From assembly GCA_032718475.1 (NCBI GenBank), contig JAUCBJ010007055.1, forward strand, positions 5,385 to 69,384: 64,000 nt of DNA, written 5' to 3'. Shown piece after piece: positions 39,263-51,589 of the stretch (positions are counted from its first letter, which is position 1; every line of letters starts with the position of its first letter). Source of the stretch: Nemertoderma westbladi (lineage: Eukaryota; Animalia; Xenacoelomorpha). The notes under the pieces were generated by a model. The model ran no database searches and was not told the DNA's origin. It saw nothing but the letters and a program-made list of their open reading frames with translations. The translations under genes and the position numbers were made by a program.

Positions 39263-40522
39263 GGGGTAGGGGGTGTGGGGACTTTCAACGCAATAATAAT
39301 GCATCCCTCTCCATGAAATTCGACACAAAATAACAGTTCGATTACTCCCATAAATAAAACTATAACCTGTTCTATTGTGTTCCATTTATTGTTTTGGTTA
39401 GAAATACGTGTCACTATAATCTGCTCATTCGTGTCATTTGACATTTCCCTAAATTGAGAATTTAACATTGAAGCGAAATATTCATTCACCAAGATCTGAA
39501 GATGGGATTTGCGAACAGTTAGCAGTTGCTGATAATTGAAACTATTATAAATTAAACAAAGTTGTTCTAGAGTTACTACAGTCTGACAGTGCTATGGTTG
39601 TTGGCAGACATTACATGGATTGGAAATAACACCAAACGCATTCCTTATGACGTGGATTAGTTGGTCTCGGTTTAGTCAGTTAGTGGCCAACCACAATCAC
39701 CAATATATATCAGTATATCAGAGTCACTACATATTTATCAATGTTTGGATCAATTATCGATGGGGCTCCTCTCCCAAATTGTCTATTTGACGATTTATAG
39801 AATTTAACCTGTATCTTGCGGTTATAACCCAGCGCCATCGTAATAGGTACCGCCTATAATATATATGATACACCTACTGGAATATATATTATATATATAG
39901 TTCTGTAGTTATGCCTAAAGCGTTCCAGGTTCTGCTGGCTAGCTGGCTTATAAAACGTACTGTTTATAGACATATCACAAAAGATAGACAAGTAGACTTG
40001 GCGAGCCTTTATTGTTAATAATAATAAGCAAACAATTTATGCAATAGGCAATCCACTTACAATCTTACAGCCTTACGATCAGACATTTCTTGAGGGCTGT
40101 CTAGGTTGACTGTGATTATTTTGGTCTTCTTGCAGTCTTGGAATTTACAAAAAGACCATCACTAGAAGCAACCTGCTCCAATTGGCAGAGAAGCCTTTGG
40201 ACTCCCTATAGTTATTCTGACAGTACCTCTAAGTCATCAGTGATCAAAGTCTATAGGCTATTGTACAAAGTCAGATATTAATTCCATAGTTTGTACCAAT
40301 GAAATTTAAATTTGTCCGTAATTTGACCATGGTGTCCGGAATTTGATTTGTCCGGAATTTGAAGAGTTAACCCTACTGGCATAGGCCAGTCTGTCAGTAG
40401 GCCTAATGCAGTACTGTGCTACCAGAACCAGACACTGAGACAGGCGACCCGACCGATAAGCTAGTACTGTAGTAAGCCAGTAAGCTGACAGGCTTATCAG
40501 CTTATTGTATTGACGACCCAAA

Positions 40523-41806
40523 ATGGCGGACGCGGCTCGCGAACTGCTCAACTCGTTGATGGGAGAGGAACGGGATCTTCTGCCTCACGAGAAACGCGTT
40601 CGCAAACACTTCGGGGATGATGACGTCTGCAAGCACCATCTGGTCGCCTTCTGTCCCTCGGATCTCTTCACCAACACGCGCAGCGACTTGGGCCCGTGCG
40701 GACTAATCCACGACGACGGATTAAAACGCGACTACGAACGGAGTTCCCGGTACAAACGCCTCGGATACGAGGAAGCATTCCTCCTCTATCTGGAGCGGCT
40801 CGTAGTCCCGTGCGACTCTCGGATTCGCAACGGCGAGGAGAGACTCGCGAAGAGTCAGAAACTAACCAAAGGAACTCCGTCGACGGACGTGGTGAAGGAT
40901 GAAAAATCGGCGGTGCTAGGCGACCGATTGGAGGCGATGCTCAAGGATATCGAGAGACTCGGGTCACAGGGGCAGGTTGAGGAAGCCCAGGGCATGATGG
41001 TACTTGCCGATAAACTTAGAGAAGAGATACTCGTATTGGATAGCTCCCTGGAGTACTTCCGCAATCACGACAACCTTATGGAGGTGTGCAAGGTGTGCGG
41101 GTGTTTCCTCGTCAATAACGACGCGCAATGCAGGCTGGACGATCATTACAACGGGAAGCAGCACGTTGGGTTCAAACGAATACGGGAGACTATAGTCGAG
41201 TTGAAACGAGATGTTTACGGGTGGAGGAAGGGTGGAGGGGAGAAGGAAGGGGGGAAAGATGGAGGAGGTGGGGGGAAAGATGGAGGCAGTGGGGGGAAAG
41301 ATGGAGGCAGTGGGGGGAAAGATGGAGGCAGTGGGGGGAAAGATGGAGGCGGTGCGGGGAAAGATGGAGGCAGTGGGGGGAAAGATGGAGGCAGTGGGGG
41401 GAAAGATGGAGGCGGTGCGGGGAAAGATGGAGGCGGAGGGGGGAAGGAAAGAGAGGGGGCGACCGCTCTGGAATGTATAAATAAAGCCTCTAATGCCAAT
41501 GGACGCTCCTCTAATAACCGTTCCCACGGTGAGCGTTCCTCTAATGAACGTTCTCACAGTGAGCGTTCCTCTAATGACCGTTCCCATAGTAAACGTTCCT
41601 CTTCTGACCGTTCCCACGGTGAGCGTTCCTCTAATGGGCGTTCCCACGGTGAGCGTTCCTCCCACCGAAACTCATCGGAACGTTCCCGGCACAGGCGAAG
41701 CCCTCCCCGTCAACGAGACGGTTTCACGGACCACGGGAGACCCGGGGGTCAATCCCGTTCGCCATGGCAACGCCGTAGGTCGCGGTCTCCCCCACAACGA
41801 CGGTAG
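40523..41806 (+). CDS. LUC7L3: LUC7-family U1 snRNP-associated splicing factor, LUC7L3/CROP-like, intronless
   Basis: ZnF1 VCKHHLVAFCPSDLFTNTRSDLGPC...HD, KRLGYEEAFL, ZnF2 MEVCKVCGCFL...RLDDHYNGKQHVGF, and an RS-rich tail. Confidence 0.9.
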   Translation: MADAARELLNSLMGEERDLLPHEKRVRKHFGDDDVCKHHLVAFCPSDLFTNTRSDLGPCGLIHDDGLKRDYERSSRYKRLGYEEAFLLYLERLVVPCDSRIRNGEERLAKSQKLTKGTPSTDVVKDEKSAVLGDRLEAMLKDIERLGSQGQVEEAQGMMVLADKLREEILVLDSSLEYFRNHDNLMEVCKVCGCFLVNNDAQCRLDDHYNGKQHVGFKRIRETIVELKRDVYGWRKGGGEKEGGKDGGGGGKDGGSGGKDGGSGGKDGGSGGKDGGGAGKDGGSGGKDGGSGGKDGGGAGKDGGGGGKEREGATALECINKASNANGRSSNNRSHGERSSNERSHSERSSNDRSHSKRSSSDRSHGERSSNGRSHGERSSHRNSSERSRHRRSPPRQRDGFTDHGRPGGQSRSPWQRRRSRSPPQRR

Positions 41807-43232
41807 CTCGAGAGCTGCCCACATAATTATTATTTTTTTCTGAGACACATGTATGTTTAGTTTATAGAGAAAGTTTCGTTAAGTAACGTCGTTTTATAAT
41901 CTTTATTGTACATCAGCAATATAAACTGAAAGTTCATGTAACTTTTTACCCCAAGTTAGCTCATTGCTGTTAAGTCTGGCGTCTATTAAGTGTAAATCCA
42001 TTCTGGAATTACTCTTAAGTAAATTATTAAACTTTTGGATAAACAACTCTATTATAGTAAATAAAGCGAAATAATGGATTGGCTACCGTTGGGGGCTGAA
42101 CCCGCGCCCCTCAATAACCGTTCAGGTATGCTGAGAGTGAGATTTGTACCACTGATGTCTGGCGCTGGCAGTCCTGTTTAAATTCATTAATTTTTTATAC
42201 AATCACAATGAGAATCTTTGGATGATAAGCAGGTACTAATACTAGGTAGTTGAAACTTATGGTAGTTCAGACTTTCAAGTTAAAACTTTCTTGCAACTGG
42301 GCCAAGATTACACGAATTCATTGACTGATTTGTTCTCTATTTTAGGTAAAAATTATAATAAATAATTAAACCGTTCTAAGGATGTGTACAGATTCATTCA
42401 TTCATTCATTTACTTTGAACAATTTTTATACACAACTTGTTTACTTAAAAAGGATCACTTTTAGAGTCTCACGGATGACGACATGGAGATTAGACCCTTC
42501 AGCGTAGAACCAACAAGCGTTTCATCATTTCCAATAAAGTGCAACTTACTGTGTAAAGTGCACTTACTCCCAACCCAATAGGTTTTATGTTGCTAGAGCA
42601 CACAATACATTGTGCTCTATCTATCGATCTAACTAAAACAATTATTTAACCTTCAAGAAGAGGGTTTTGTCTTGATGAAATTATTGGAGGTTTTAGAACT
42701 TATGTTAAATGTTAAATTGTAAATTAATGGACAAGGTTATTGTTTATTAGTTTCATTCCATTCGTTTTTTTTTATTTATATTGAAATTATATTACGAATG
42801 TGCTTATAGCACATCCTATGAAAGAAGAAAAGGGCTTAAAAGACGATAGTGAACAAAAATGAAATTGGAAGGTTATTGTTTTTATAAACTCTGTCACTGT
42901 AACCTGCTCCTTTCCATTTTCTCACATTATGGAAAGTGAAAAAAACGTGTGAATGAATAAAGTGTTTATTTTTAATACGCGAATCAGAGTAGAAATGAGT
43001 TGGTAAAGTTATAGAATCTATTTAGATGGTGGCCGGTGGCCCTGTAGGTCGTAGGCCTACCATGTAACCTGCTAACCTCTCCTGTAAATCTATGATCTAT
43101 ACCATTACAGCATACTGCGTTGTTATAGACTACAGCTAGAATAGAGCAGAGACTCAGCATAAATAGTTCAGTCAGTAGCCCTAGTTAGCTTAACATTAAT
43201 TAAAACTTAATGTTTAATTAAACCTAATTTAA

Positions 43233-44237
43233 CACGTTAGCTGGCGATTGAGCACCGATGCACAATTCGTGTTTTAACTTTACTGCGACAGGTTTTACTC
43301 CCTGTCAACTTCTAACTGCGGATTGAGCACCGGTGAATATGACCTGTACAACCCTATAGTGCGGAGCTATTTTGGCGTGGCCAGCCTTTAGTGCGGAGGC
43401 TATAAGTTGAGCACCGGAACTCAAATACATCAACTGTTGTCATATTCGGTATCTGTGACCTTTGTATGACTCATGTATATATTTTTTTGGGTTTGTGCAC
43501 CGGTGCACAATCCGCACTACACAAGTGCCAGTGCGGATTGAGCGCCGGTGCTCAATATTTCCACTTATATAAATATGGCGGGATTTTTAAAATGCTCTAC
43601 TGTAGCATAGCTAGCTATTAGGCCTATTTGATTTAGTTCATTGCTAGTTAAGCAATAACTGTTTACTTTTCATGTATTAATTTATATTGCATGAGCAAAT
43701 GTGCTCTAACAATAACAATGTTATTTGATGTTGTTTTACTTTATAAATGTTTTTAAAACCCAAATAATTGATGGCAGTGGGGGGAGGGGAGGGGGGGGGG
43801 GTCGTTAAACTGCAGACATTATCTACTGGGGTTACCCCCCGAAATTTCGAAAGTGGCCAAAAGTAATTTACTAATGTGATGAGATAATTATTGGTACAGT
43901 TTTGAAAATTGTTAACCCTGTAAGAAATCATAAAAAATGTATAAAATTTTGATGAAATTCAAACCACTATCTCCGTGCCCAAAGGCATTCCCACAAAATG
44001 TAATTAACAAAAAGTAATTTGTTGAGCACCGGTGCACAATCCGCACTAGCTAAACGCCAAGCCTCAAATCCTGCTGCAGTCATGGAACAGCACATGGTTG
44101 TTCACCGGTGCACAATCCGCACTAACTAAACGCCAAGCCTCAAATCTTGCCGCAGTCATGGAACAGCACATGGTTGTTCACCGGTGCACAATCCGCAGTA
44201 ACAAAGAACCAGTCGTTTTGGAGCCGCAGCTAACGTG
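43233..44237. mobile_element. Non-autonomous piggyBac-like element
   Basis: TTAA-CACGTTAGCTG ... CAGCTAACGTG-TTAA, with internal CACCGGTGCACAATCCGCA repeats in both orientations. Confidence 0.85.
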
Positions 44238-45753
44238 TTAACTATTAATTAATTATTAATTAAAACTTCATCATAAATAACTGGAGAAGCCAGGAAGCTG
44301 GCTATATAAGGATACCTTGTACAGACAAACAAAACCTAAAAGCATTTAGCTTTATACTGAATAGATAGAACGTTCAAGTGAAAGTTTTTTGTCGAAAGAT
44401 TTACTTTTTTGTCCAAAATGATTGCTTGGTAGATAAAACGGTACGTTACGTAACGTAAAACTATTACGTTCGGTTTACGGAAAAAAATATACAGTAATAT
44501 TACGTTACGGTATTGAAAAAGCTATTACGTTACGGTTTACATTACGGAAAAATATTGAGCTACGGTATTCCTGAAAAGGTACCGTAACGTAACATAATAA
44601 CATCCTTGCTCAAAACAAAATCATATATATCTAAAACCCTACAAAACGCAGCGTTTTCAAAACTTCCTTAATTAATAATGCGTCGTAGTGAAGTATTAAG
44701 GACCGCCATTGAACCGAATAGACTAAACTTACTAAGTTGTAAATATACAAAAATACAAAATTGTTGGATTTGCAGATAGTTAACCCTTGGGAGTTAGTGT
44801 GGCCCATTCACTGGCTTGTATGCAACTTCCAAGACAGGTGAAATTAATCCCGGTTATCCCTAGGGCTTCGCGTTTTATGTTCTCTGATAACTTTACTCTC
44901 TGATAACTTTACACCCCTTATAATAAATCGAAATGAAACCAAATTGGTTAAATTGTATTTAATGTTATATAAATTAAGAGATTGAGGTAGTTTTATATGT
45001 TACTATATTATTTTATTGCAGCATGTTATGTCAAAAACTTACCGGTAGGAATGCTACACCTACAACCAAACTATGATTTTCATACATAGTTTTTACTGTT
45101 TGATTTCTAAGCTATAGGCTCTGCAAGCACCACGGACTCAGTATATTTAATCTTATACAACATTTACCCGTAACCTCTACCCGGCGAATGGCGCTAAATG
45201 TGTCTTTATTTACATAGTATAACTGACATGCAGCAATAATTAATGCTTGTACTGTAAGAAGATATTGTGCTGCTGATTCCCACGCCCTGGACAGCTGATT
45301 AATGACAGACCATGCTTTCCCTTTACGGATATGGAGACCTCTGCATCTGCACCCTCTGATTCGCTACAACACCGAGTTAAAGCGCATCAAGTGATGTAAG
45401 TTCTTCTTGCTCCATTATTGTCGATGTCAGCGTCCAAGGGTCGAACCGTTGTCATAGATTTAGGGGGGGGGGGGGGGGGGGGGCGTTTGGGTCTAGTTAG
45501 GCCTATTGGGTGTGGTATACTAGTTTTTTTTTCTACCCTTGTCTGAGTGTCACCATTTGGCCTCCCAGGTAAGGGTTTAAGTCAAACGGATCATTATCTA
45601 TGAGAGAGGGGAGAAACCAAGTACTCGCACACATGTGGAAATAGAGGCGGCCATGGTATTATTATTACAGCGCATGGGATTGCCAATGTCTCGAAAAATT
45701 TTCAAGTGATGAGTGTAGTTTAGTATAAATCCTAGACGTGCATTTCTGTCAAA

Positions 45754-46590
45754 TCAGGTAGTCGTCTTGGTTGTTTCGACAATTGTATCATCGCTATTTT
45801 CGTTAACATCGTCGGCGTACTTGTAAACAAAATCGTCAGTCCCCCCCATGTACCTAAATAATTGGTTCGCCGATACATAATCTGTAATACTATCTTTATC
45901 GACAACTATTATTCGGTTCCAGTCCTCTTTATCTAATAAACGTCTAATAATCGCCCACATCGCGCTGAAAACCGGCGACGTTTCCGTATCGAACGCTAAT
46001 AAATACGCGAATGAGTCGGGGTAGTAGTCTTTCATACAGTCGAGGAAGAACTTTGTAAACGACATATCAGTGTTGGTCGGACCAGCTTCGTGCATGTCGA
46101 AAAGTACTGTAAACTGAGAGTCGATATTCCCAAAATATTCCCTCTCCAATTTGTAAACAAAAAGGCGTTGGGATTTTTCGCTTTGCGAGGGTTTATGAAA
46201 ACGAGCGTGGCTCATTAGCAGTCTGGTGCCGTTCAAGTCGCGATTGTGGAAATACATCACGCCTTGTCGAAGAATCGATGGATCTATGGTTTCCTTAGTG
46301 ATGTCATTGACTCCGAATTTCTTTCTCCACTTTAAACTCACGTGAATCTGTTTTACAACTGCATCTACTAATTTGCTGTTGTTTGTTTGTTTGTGATTGT
46401 GTCGTAGGAACCGCCATACCCATTTGTCGTTGGAGTTTATCCTTTCAACGTCTCTGGGGTCGTAACCCGCCTTCGCTATATCGTCTTTGTGTTTGGCAGC
46501 GAAAGAATCTCTTACTTGTGTGATCAGCTCAAAGTCTTCATCTGAACTTGGTATCGTAGCAAATTTATTTTCAAAAACCGGAGGAGCCAT
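45754..46590 (-). CDS. CRAL-TRIO lipid-binding protein, MOSPD2-like without MSP/TM domains, copy A, intronless
   Basis: YDPRDVERI, WVWRFL, LKWRKKFGVNDI, YFHNRD.NG, TVLFDMHEAG..NTDM.F.KF...C.KDYYP match the MOSPD2-type CRAL-TRIO pattern. Confidence 0.85.
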   Translation of the reverse strand: MAPPVFENKFATIPSSDEDFELITQVRDSFAAKHKDDIAKAGYDPRDVERINSNDKWVWRFLRHNHKQTNNSKLVDAVVKQIHVSLKWRKKFGVNDITKETIDPSILRQGVMYFHNRDLNGTRLLMSHARFHKPSQSEKSQRLFVYKLEREYFGNIDSQFTVLFDMHEAGPTNTDMSFTKFFLDCMKDYYPDSFAYLLAFDTETSPVFSAMWAIIRRLLDKEDWNRIIVVDKDSITDYVSANQLFRYMGGTDDFVYKYADDVNENSDDTIVETTKTTT

Positions 46591-47574
46591 TTTTATTTAG
46601 TTTTAATTTTATTACAATCTGTTTAAAATCTTTTAAATAATGTACCAAAACGTACTGTATTTGTTGTTTGAACGAAGTAATAATATGGAGATGGTGACTA
46701 CAGTAAACTACTCTGTTCATGTGAGCTGATGCCTGATGGTATTGCCTCATATAAATTGCGTTGGAAGATGATGCATTCCATATGTTAGTAAGAAATGGAA
46801 GGCTGCTACTGCATAGCATAACTCTTTATCCCTGTAAATCAATAAAATTATGATAAACTATGTTCAACAAGTTGGTGTAGTTTAATGTAATGTCGACAAT
46901 AATTACGTCAATGAGAATTGAATGTAACACATATACCACTTGGATACAATAACGAAAATACGCTTTCATTTTTTTTTATAAACAACATTGTTTACATATT
47001 ATTATTACAAATAGTAAAATGACCCCCGCATTTGTTAATTCAATACGTAATAACGAACCTGCCTATTACTGGCCAGGGTAGTTCTTGTCAAGAGTTGAGC
47101 CGTTCAAAAACACGATGTGGTTGTGTGGGGGTGTGTATGTATGTATAACCATCCAATATCTCAACAACTCATGCAGGTACGCAAAAATATTAATAACAAA
47201 CTCTACATGAATTTTGGTTGCGCACAAGACGATATTTTTTGTGGCGTTTCTATCACGGGGTCACTGAAAAATAGCGGTTTTGAAAATTTAAAATCGAATT
47301 TCACCGATTTAAACTCGTCGAGTATGCACCAACTTTTTTATTTGGGCTATTCAGTCATTTGAGCAACATATTTGAGCCTCAGAATCTTGTCAAATATCGC
47401 CAATCTCGCACAGAACGTCGCCAAAATTTGCTAGTCCGGCAAAAAAAAACGCACAAATTCGAGCTTTTATAAGAGTAAATTATTGGTTGCGGAATAATAT
47501 GATTCAACTAGAAAAGCCAGCAAGCTGGCTACAAGGAGACCGTGCATAGACAAACGTAGTGTTAGTTGGGATTG

Positions 47575-47850
47575 GGGACGTTAGTGCCCGCGAGACGTTA
47601 GTGCCCGCGAGTCATTAGTGCCCGGGAACCTTGTCTGCAAGTGAGACGTTAGTGCCCGCGAGTAATTAGTGCCCGAGGACCTTGTCTGCAAGTGAGACGT
47701 TAGTGCCCGCGAGTAATTAGTGCCCGAGGACCTTGTCTGCAAGTGAGACGTTAGTGCCCGAGGACCTTGTCTGCAAGTGAGACGTTAGTGCCCGAGGACC
47801 TTGTCTGCAAGTGAGACGTTAGTGCCCGCGAGTCATTAGTGCCCGCACCC
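47575..47850. repeat. Tandem array of TTAGTGCCCG(CGAG) / GGACCTTGTCTGCAAGTGAGACG units, likely a MITE subterminal region
   Basis: TTAGTGCCCG recurs about 11 times. Confidence 0.8.
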
Positions 47851-48399
47851 CGCACTGAATTGGGAAGTTGGTATAAGGCAATCCGTTTTTCTTCTTACTT
47901 ATCCCATACCCCATTCAACCAAAGTCATTGACAACGGCCTCCTCCATTAACATGCAGTAATTTAATTAATTCTCTAATTTAATTAACTAAAAGTACTACT
48001 TTACTTTTAATTCGTCGACAAAATGTCAGACAGTCGACTGAGTATTTTCCTTGAAATCATTACTTCATTATAAAATATATTTGTTAATTATTTGTTAGTA
48101 TACAAATTAAGTATACTCAATCAAAAGTAGGTTATCTATCTACTTTATAAACAATCAAACGATGTTGCTTAATCCTCATTCCTTGAAGACTTTACTGCAA
48201 AATCAAATAATATAAATGCTACCATGTCTAGCTGAGGTTGATAATCATAAAAGATCGAAAATCGTAGAAGTTTTCTTATGTAATAGTCTTTTTCAAATTG
48301 TAGCAGATGGGGATGAATATTATTGTTGCAATCATAATTATACCTCTCCAGGGTAAAATCGACATGCGTCGACCTGTATTCTGTGTTCAGCATTACATA

Positions 48400-49142
48400 T
48401 TGATATGATATACATATTACTATACATACTATATATATAGATATTATTCAACTATGAAACACTATTAATAAATGAATGGCACTGTTTTGAAACAAATAGC
48501 TAATAAAGGCCACTGAACTGTTACACTTGAATGATATTAATGGATAATTTCTTTATAATTAACATTAAAGGGGAGTTAGGGAGAGGGGTACATCTCCCTG
48601 TCCAAATCCCTGACTCCCGCCCCGTCCCCGAACCCCAGACCCCTCCAGGGCCTCCTTCCACCGCGGAGGCACAGATAGTTTGCCCTTAATAAGGCGAACT
48701 GCAGTTGCCTTCTCACAGCCCCCAGGACTGCTCCCAACACCCGCTGCCTCATCCCCGCCCTCCTCACCACCAGTGCGTCCGCGAGGTGGAGGATGAATTT
48801 CTCGCCCTCGGCGCCCCAGACTCCGTCGGTGGAGCACACGATGGGGGTGAAGTTCATCCGCCTCGACTCACAGGGCTCCTGGTAGTGGGCCTTCTTCTCG
48901 CGTTCTATCTGTGAGAGAAGGGTCTCCACAGAGCGGTTTGAACGAACGTAGGAGGTGGCGTCGACATTAATTACAGCGATATCGAAAGACGCCACCACCT
49001 GATTCGTCCAAACCCCCCTGGTGACCAGGTCAGCCCGAACCCCCCCAACCGTCGTCCCCTCCGAGTCCAGGTGCCCGTTCCGCAGCACCACCTCCCGCTC
49101 TACGTTCGAGTTCCCGTACGCCTCTGCTAGGAGGTCCCCAAG
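48400..49142 (-). mobile_element. 5'-truncated CRE-clade-like non-LTR retrotransposon (restriction-like endonuclease end plus 3' UTR)
   Basis: RADLVTRGVW...SFDIAVINVDATSY...EREKKAHY..PC...FTPIVCSTDGVWG is the RLE domain pattern; sharp GC-rich island with an AT-rich tail. Confidence 0.8.
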
Positions 49143-50719
49143 CCTTTCGTCTTTGAGTGATTAGTTAAAGGCCAAAATATGATATCCCACTCCATAGCGA
49201 ATAAAATGAAAACGAAAGTTTGTTGTGTTTGTGTGATATATGAATGTCTAGAAAGTTCAGGCAGTGTTGGTGTTCTGTTTGGTGTCTGAAATGTAATCAG
49301 GAATTTATATAGATATTATACACACTACATATTAAATTTCCTGGTTACTTGCAATATTTTTAATAGGATTTTGTTGAATTATATAATATTGTAGTAATTT
49401 ATATATTAATTTGGTTAACATTCAATACAGCTCCTACTTTAGGCTTAGTCAATTTATTATCTGATGATACAAACATGAATTTATTATTTCAAAACGGTCT
49501 CAATGCCTTTCACCACGGGCACACAGGGAAATGCCGGGGTTTGGGGGCGGCAGCCCCCAAGAAAAGAAGCGGGGGTTTGGGGGCGGTAGCCCCCAATAAA
49601 ATGAAAAACAAACAAAATTTGACTATAAAATGTTTCTTTTATAATTTTGAAAAAACTTGTCTAGATACAACTTGTCCTGTAACCATCTTTAACTTTTGTT
49701 TATTGCTTTGATGCACCCAGATTAATTTTAACACTTTAACCGGGGGGCAAGTGTCCGGGGGGGGGAGTGTCCGGGGGGAAGTGTCCTACTTGTGCGGGGG
49801 GGGGGGGGGGTGTCCGGGGGGGAAGTGTCCTAGATCCTTGATTACTGTCTGGGATAGAGAGAGTAAAACATTTAGCAAGTAATATAGGCAGGCCTTCTTC
49901 TGTGCAGTTTGGGCCTATCCATTCAATAAATACGTAGTAGTAGCTTACTAGGCCCTCATGAGTAGCTCAGCTGGTGATGGAAATTTGAGGGGCAGGTTCG
50001 TTTAAAACCATGTTATTGTTTTGCTTATCTAATACTGTATGAGTATAGTAGTACGTATATAATTAATAATATCGCTAACCGTAACAGCTATCCTGGTTTC
50101 TAACTTGTTGATTTTCTGTATTTTTTTTGTTTGTTGAACTTTTATTGTGCAGCTTCTGTTATAGGGAATTTAACTTTTTAAATATGTTCAATAATTCTTG
50201 CAATTATTGCTATAATTACAGTAATTTTGTGTTTTTTATAACAATAACAAATTGAACCATCCTTACTTACGTAGTAATTAATCGATTAACTTTACTATTC
50301 TTAACTGCTTTTCTGTAATTGTTAAATCAATTTTTCAAGAGATTCCAGTACCCCGCCCCACTTCTCTCACTATTGTGTCAAGCATAGCAAAAAACGTATA
50401 TCGTAAAACAATTACTCATGTTTCTATTTTTATTCTAATTTAATTACAAATAGTTTGTAAAAATATGTTACTAAAATATATCATTGGTACGGATTAAGTT
50501 AATTTGTAGGCCTATAATCTCATAGAGTTAAAATTATATATTATATTATTTACTCTGCTCATATAAAGTACTGTAGCACCATTAATATCACTAAAAGTTT
50601 CATTTTCTAATTTTTTGTTAACTACGACCAAACACGTGGGATTATTTATTTCTAACCGAATATTGAAAATTACAACCGTTTATTTGGCAAATAGTTAAAA
50701 TAGGCAATTAGGCGAAAAG

Positions 50720-51589
50720 TTACGCTCGTTCCATAACTTGTTCCTCATTGCTCTCAGCGACTATTTCTCCTTTATCGTCATCTTTGGGTCCTTTATCACC
50801 ATCCTCGGCGGAGTCATCAGTGTAGGAGTAAACGAAATCATCAGTACCTCCCATATGCAGCAGTAATTTGTCTTCGGAGATATATTCTTTGATGTTATCT
50901 TTATTTGTAAATATTATTCTACTTTGTTCTTCCTTTTCTAGCAAATGCTTTACCACGGTCCAAATGGCACTGAAAACTCTCGACATCTCGAATGCCAGAA
51001 GGTACTCGAACGAATCGGGGTAGTAATATTTCAAACAATTGATGAAAAACTTGGTGAAAGTCATGTCTGAATTTGCTACTCCGGCGTCATGCATATCGAA
51101 TAACACCGTAAAAGGATTCCCAATATTCCCAAAGTATTCGCCTTCTAACATATATACAAAGAATCGCTGAGCCTCGTAGCATTGTGAAGGTTTATGGAAA
51201 CGAGCGTGGCTAATCAATAATTTCACTCCGTTTTTATCGTGATTATGGAAATACATCCCGCCTCTCTCGAAAAACACTTTATCTATGTTTTCCTTAGTGA
51301 TGTCATTGACCCCGAATTTATTTCTCCACTTTAAACTCACGTGAATCTGTTTTACAACGGCGTCTACTAATTTGCTGTTGTTTGTTTGTTTGTGATTGTG
51401 ACGTAGGAACCGCCACACCCATTTGTCGTTGGAGTTTATCCTTTCAACGTCTCTGGGGTCGTAACCCGCCTTCGCTATATCGTCTTTGTGTTTGGCAACG
51501 AAAGAGTCTCTTACTTGTGTGATCAGCTCAAAGTCTTCATCTAAACTTGGGATCGTAGCAAATTTATTTTCAAAAACCGGAGGTGCCAT
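50720..51589 (-). CDS. CRAL-TRIO lipid-binding protein, MOSPD2-like without MSP/TM domains, copy B, intronless
   Basis: Paralogue of 45754-46590; ATG at 51589; YFHNHDKNG, FDMHDAGVANSDM, CLKYYYP, LAFEM. Confidence 0.85.
   Translation of the reverse strand: MAPPVFENKFATIPSLDEDFELITQVRDSFVAKHKDDIAKAGYDPRDVERINSNDKWVWRFLRHNHKQTNNSKLVDAVVKQIHVSLKWRNKFGVNDITKENIDKVFFERGGMYFHNHDKNGVKLLISHARFHKPSQCYEAQRFFVYMLEGEYFGNIGNPFTVLFDMHDAGVANSDMTFTKFFINCLKYYYPDSFEYLLAFEMSRVFSAIWTVVKHLLEKEEQSRIIFTNKDNIKEYISEDKLLLHMGGTDDFVYSYTDDSAEDGDKGPKDDDKGEIVAESNEEQVMERA

Larger units (their letters stand above)
37447..40375. mobile_element. Possible older hAT-like element enclosing the nested MITEs
   Basis: TAGGGTTGACTATTCAAATTCCGGACA (37447) versus TGTCCGGAATTTGAAGAGTTAACCCTA (ending 40375); no matching TSD. 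Confidence 0.5.

Noticed and set aside
40855-41843. Alternative-frame and antisense ORFs over LUC7L3
   Set aside because: Shadows of the GC-rich repetitive coding sequence.
42080-42155. tRNA gene on the minus strand
   Set aside because: Only degenerate A/B-box-like motifs and no cloverleaf; at most an old SINE head.
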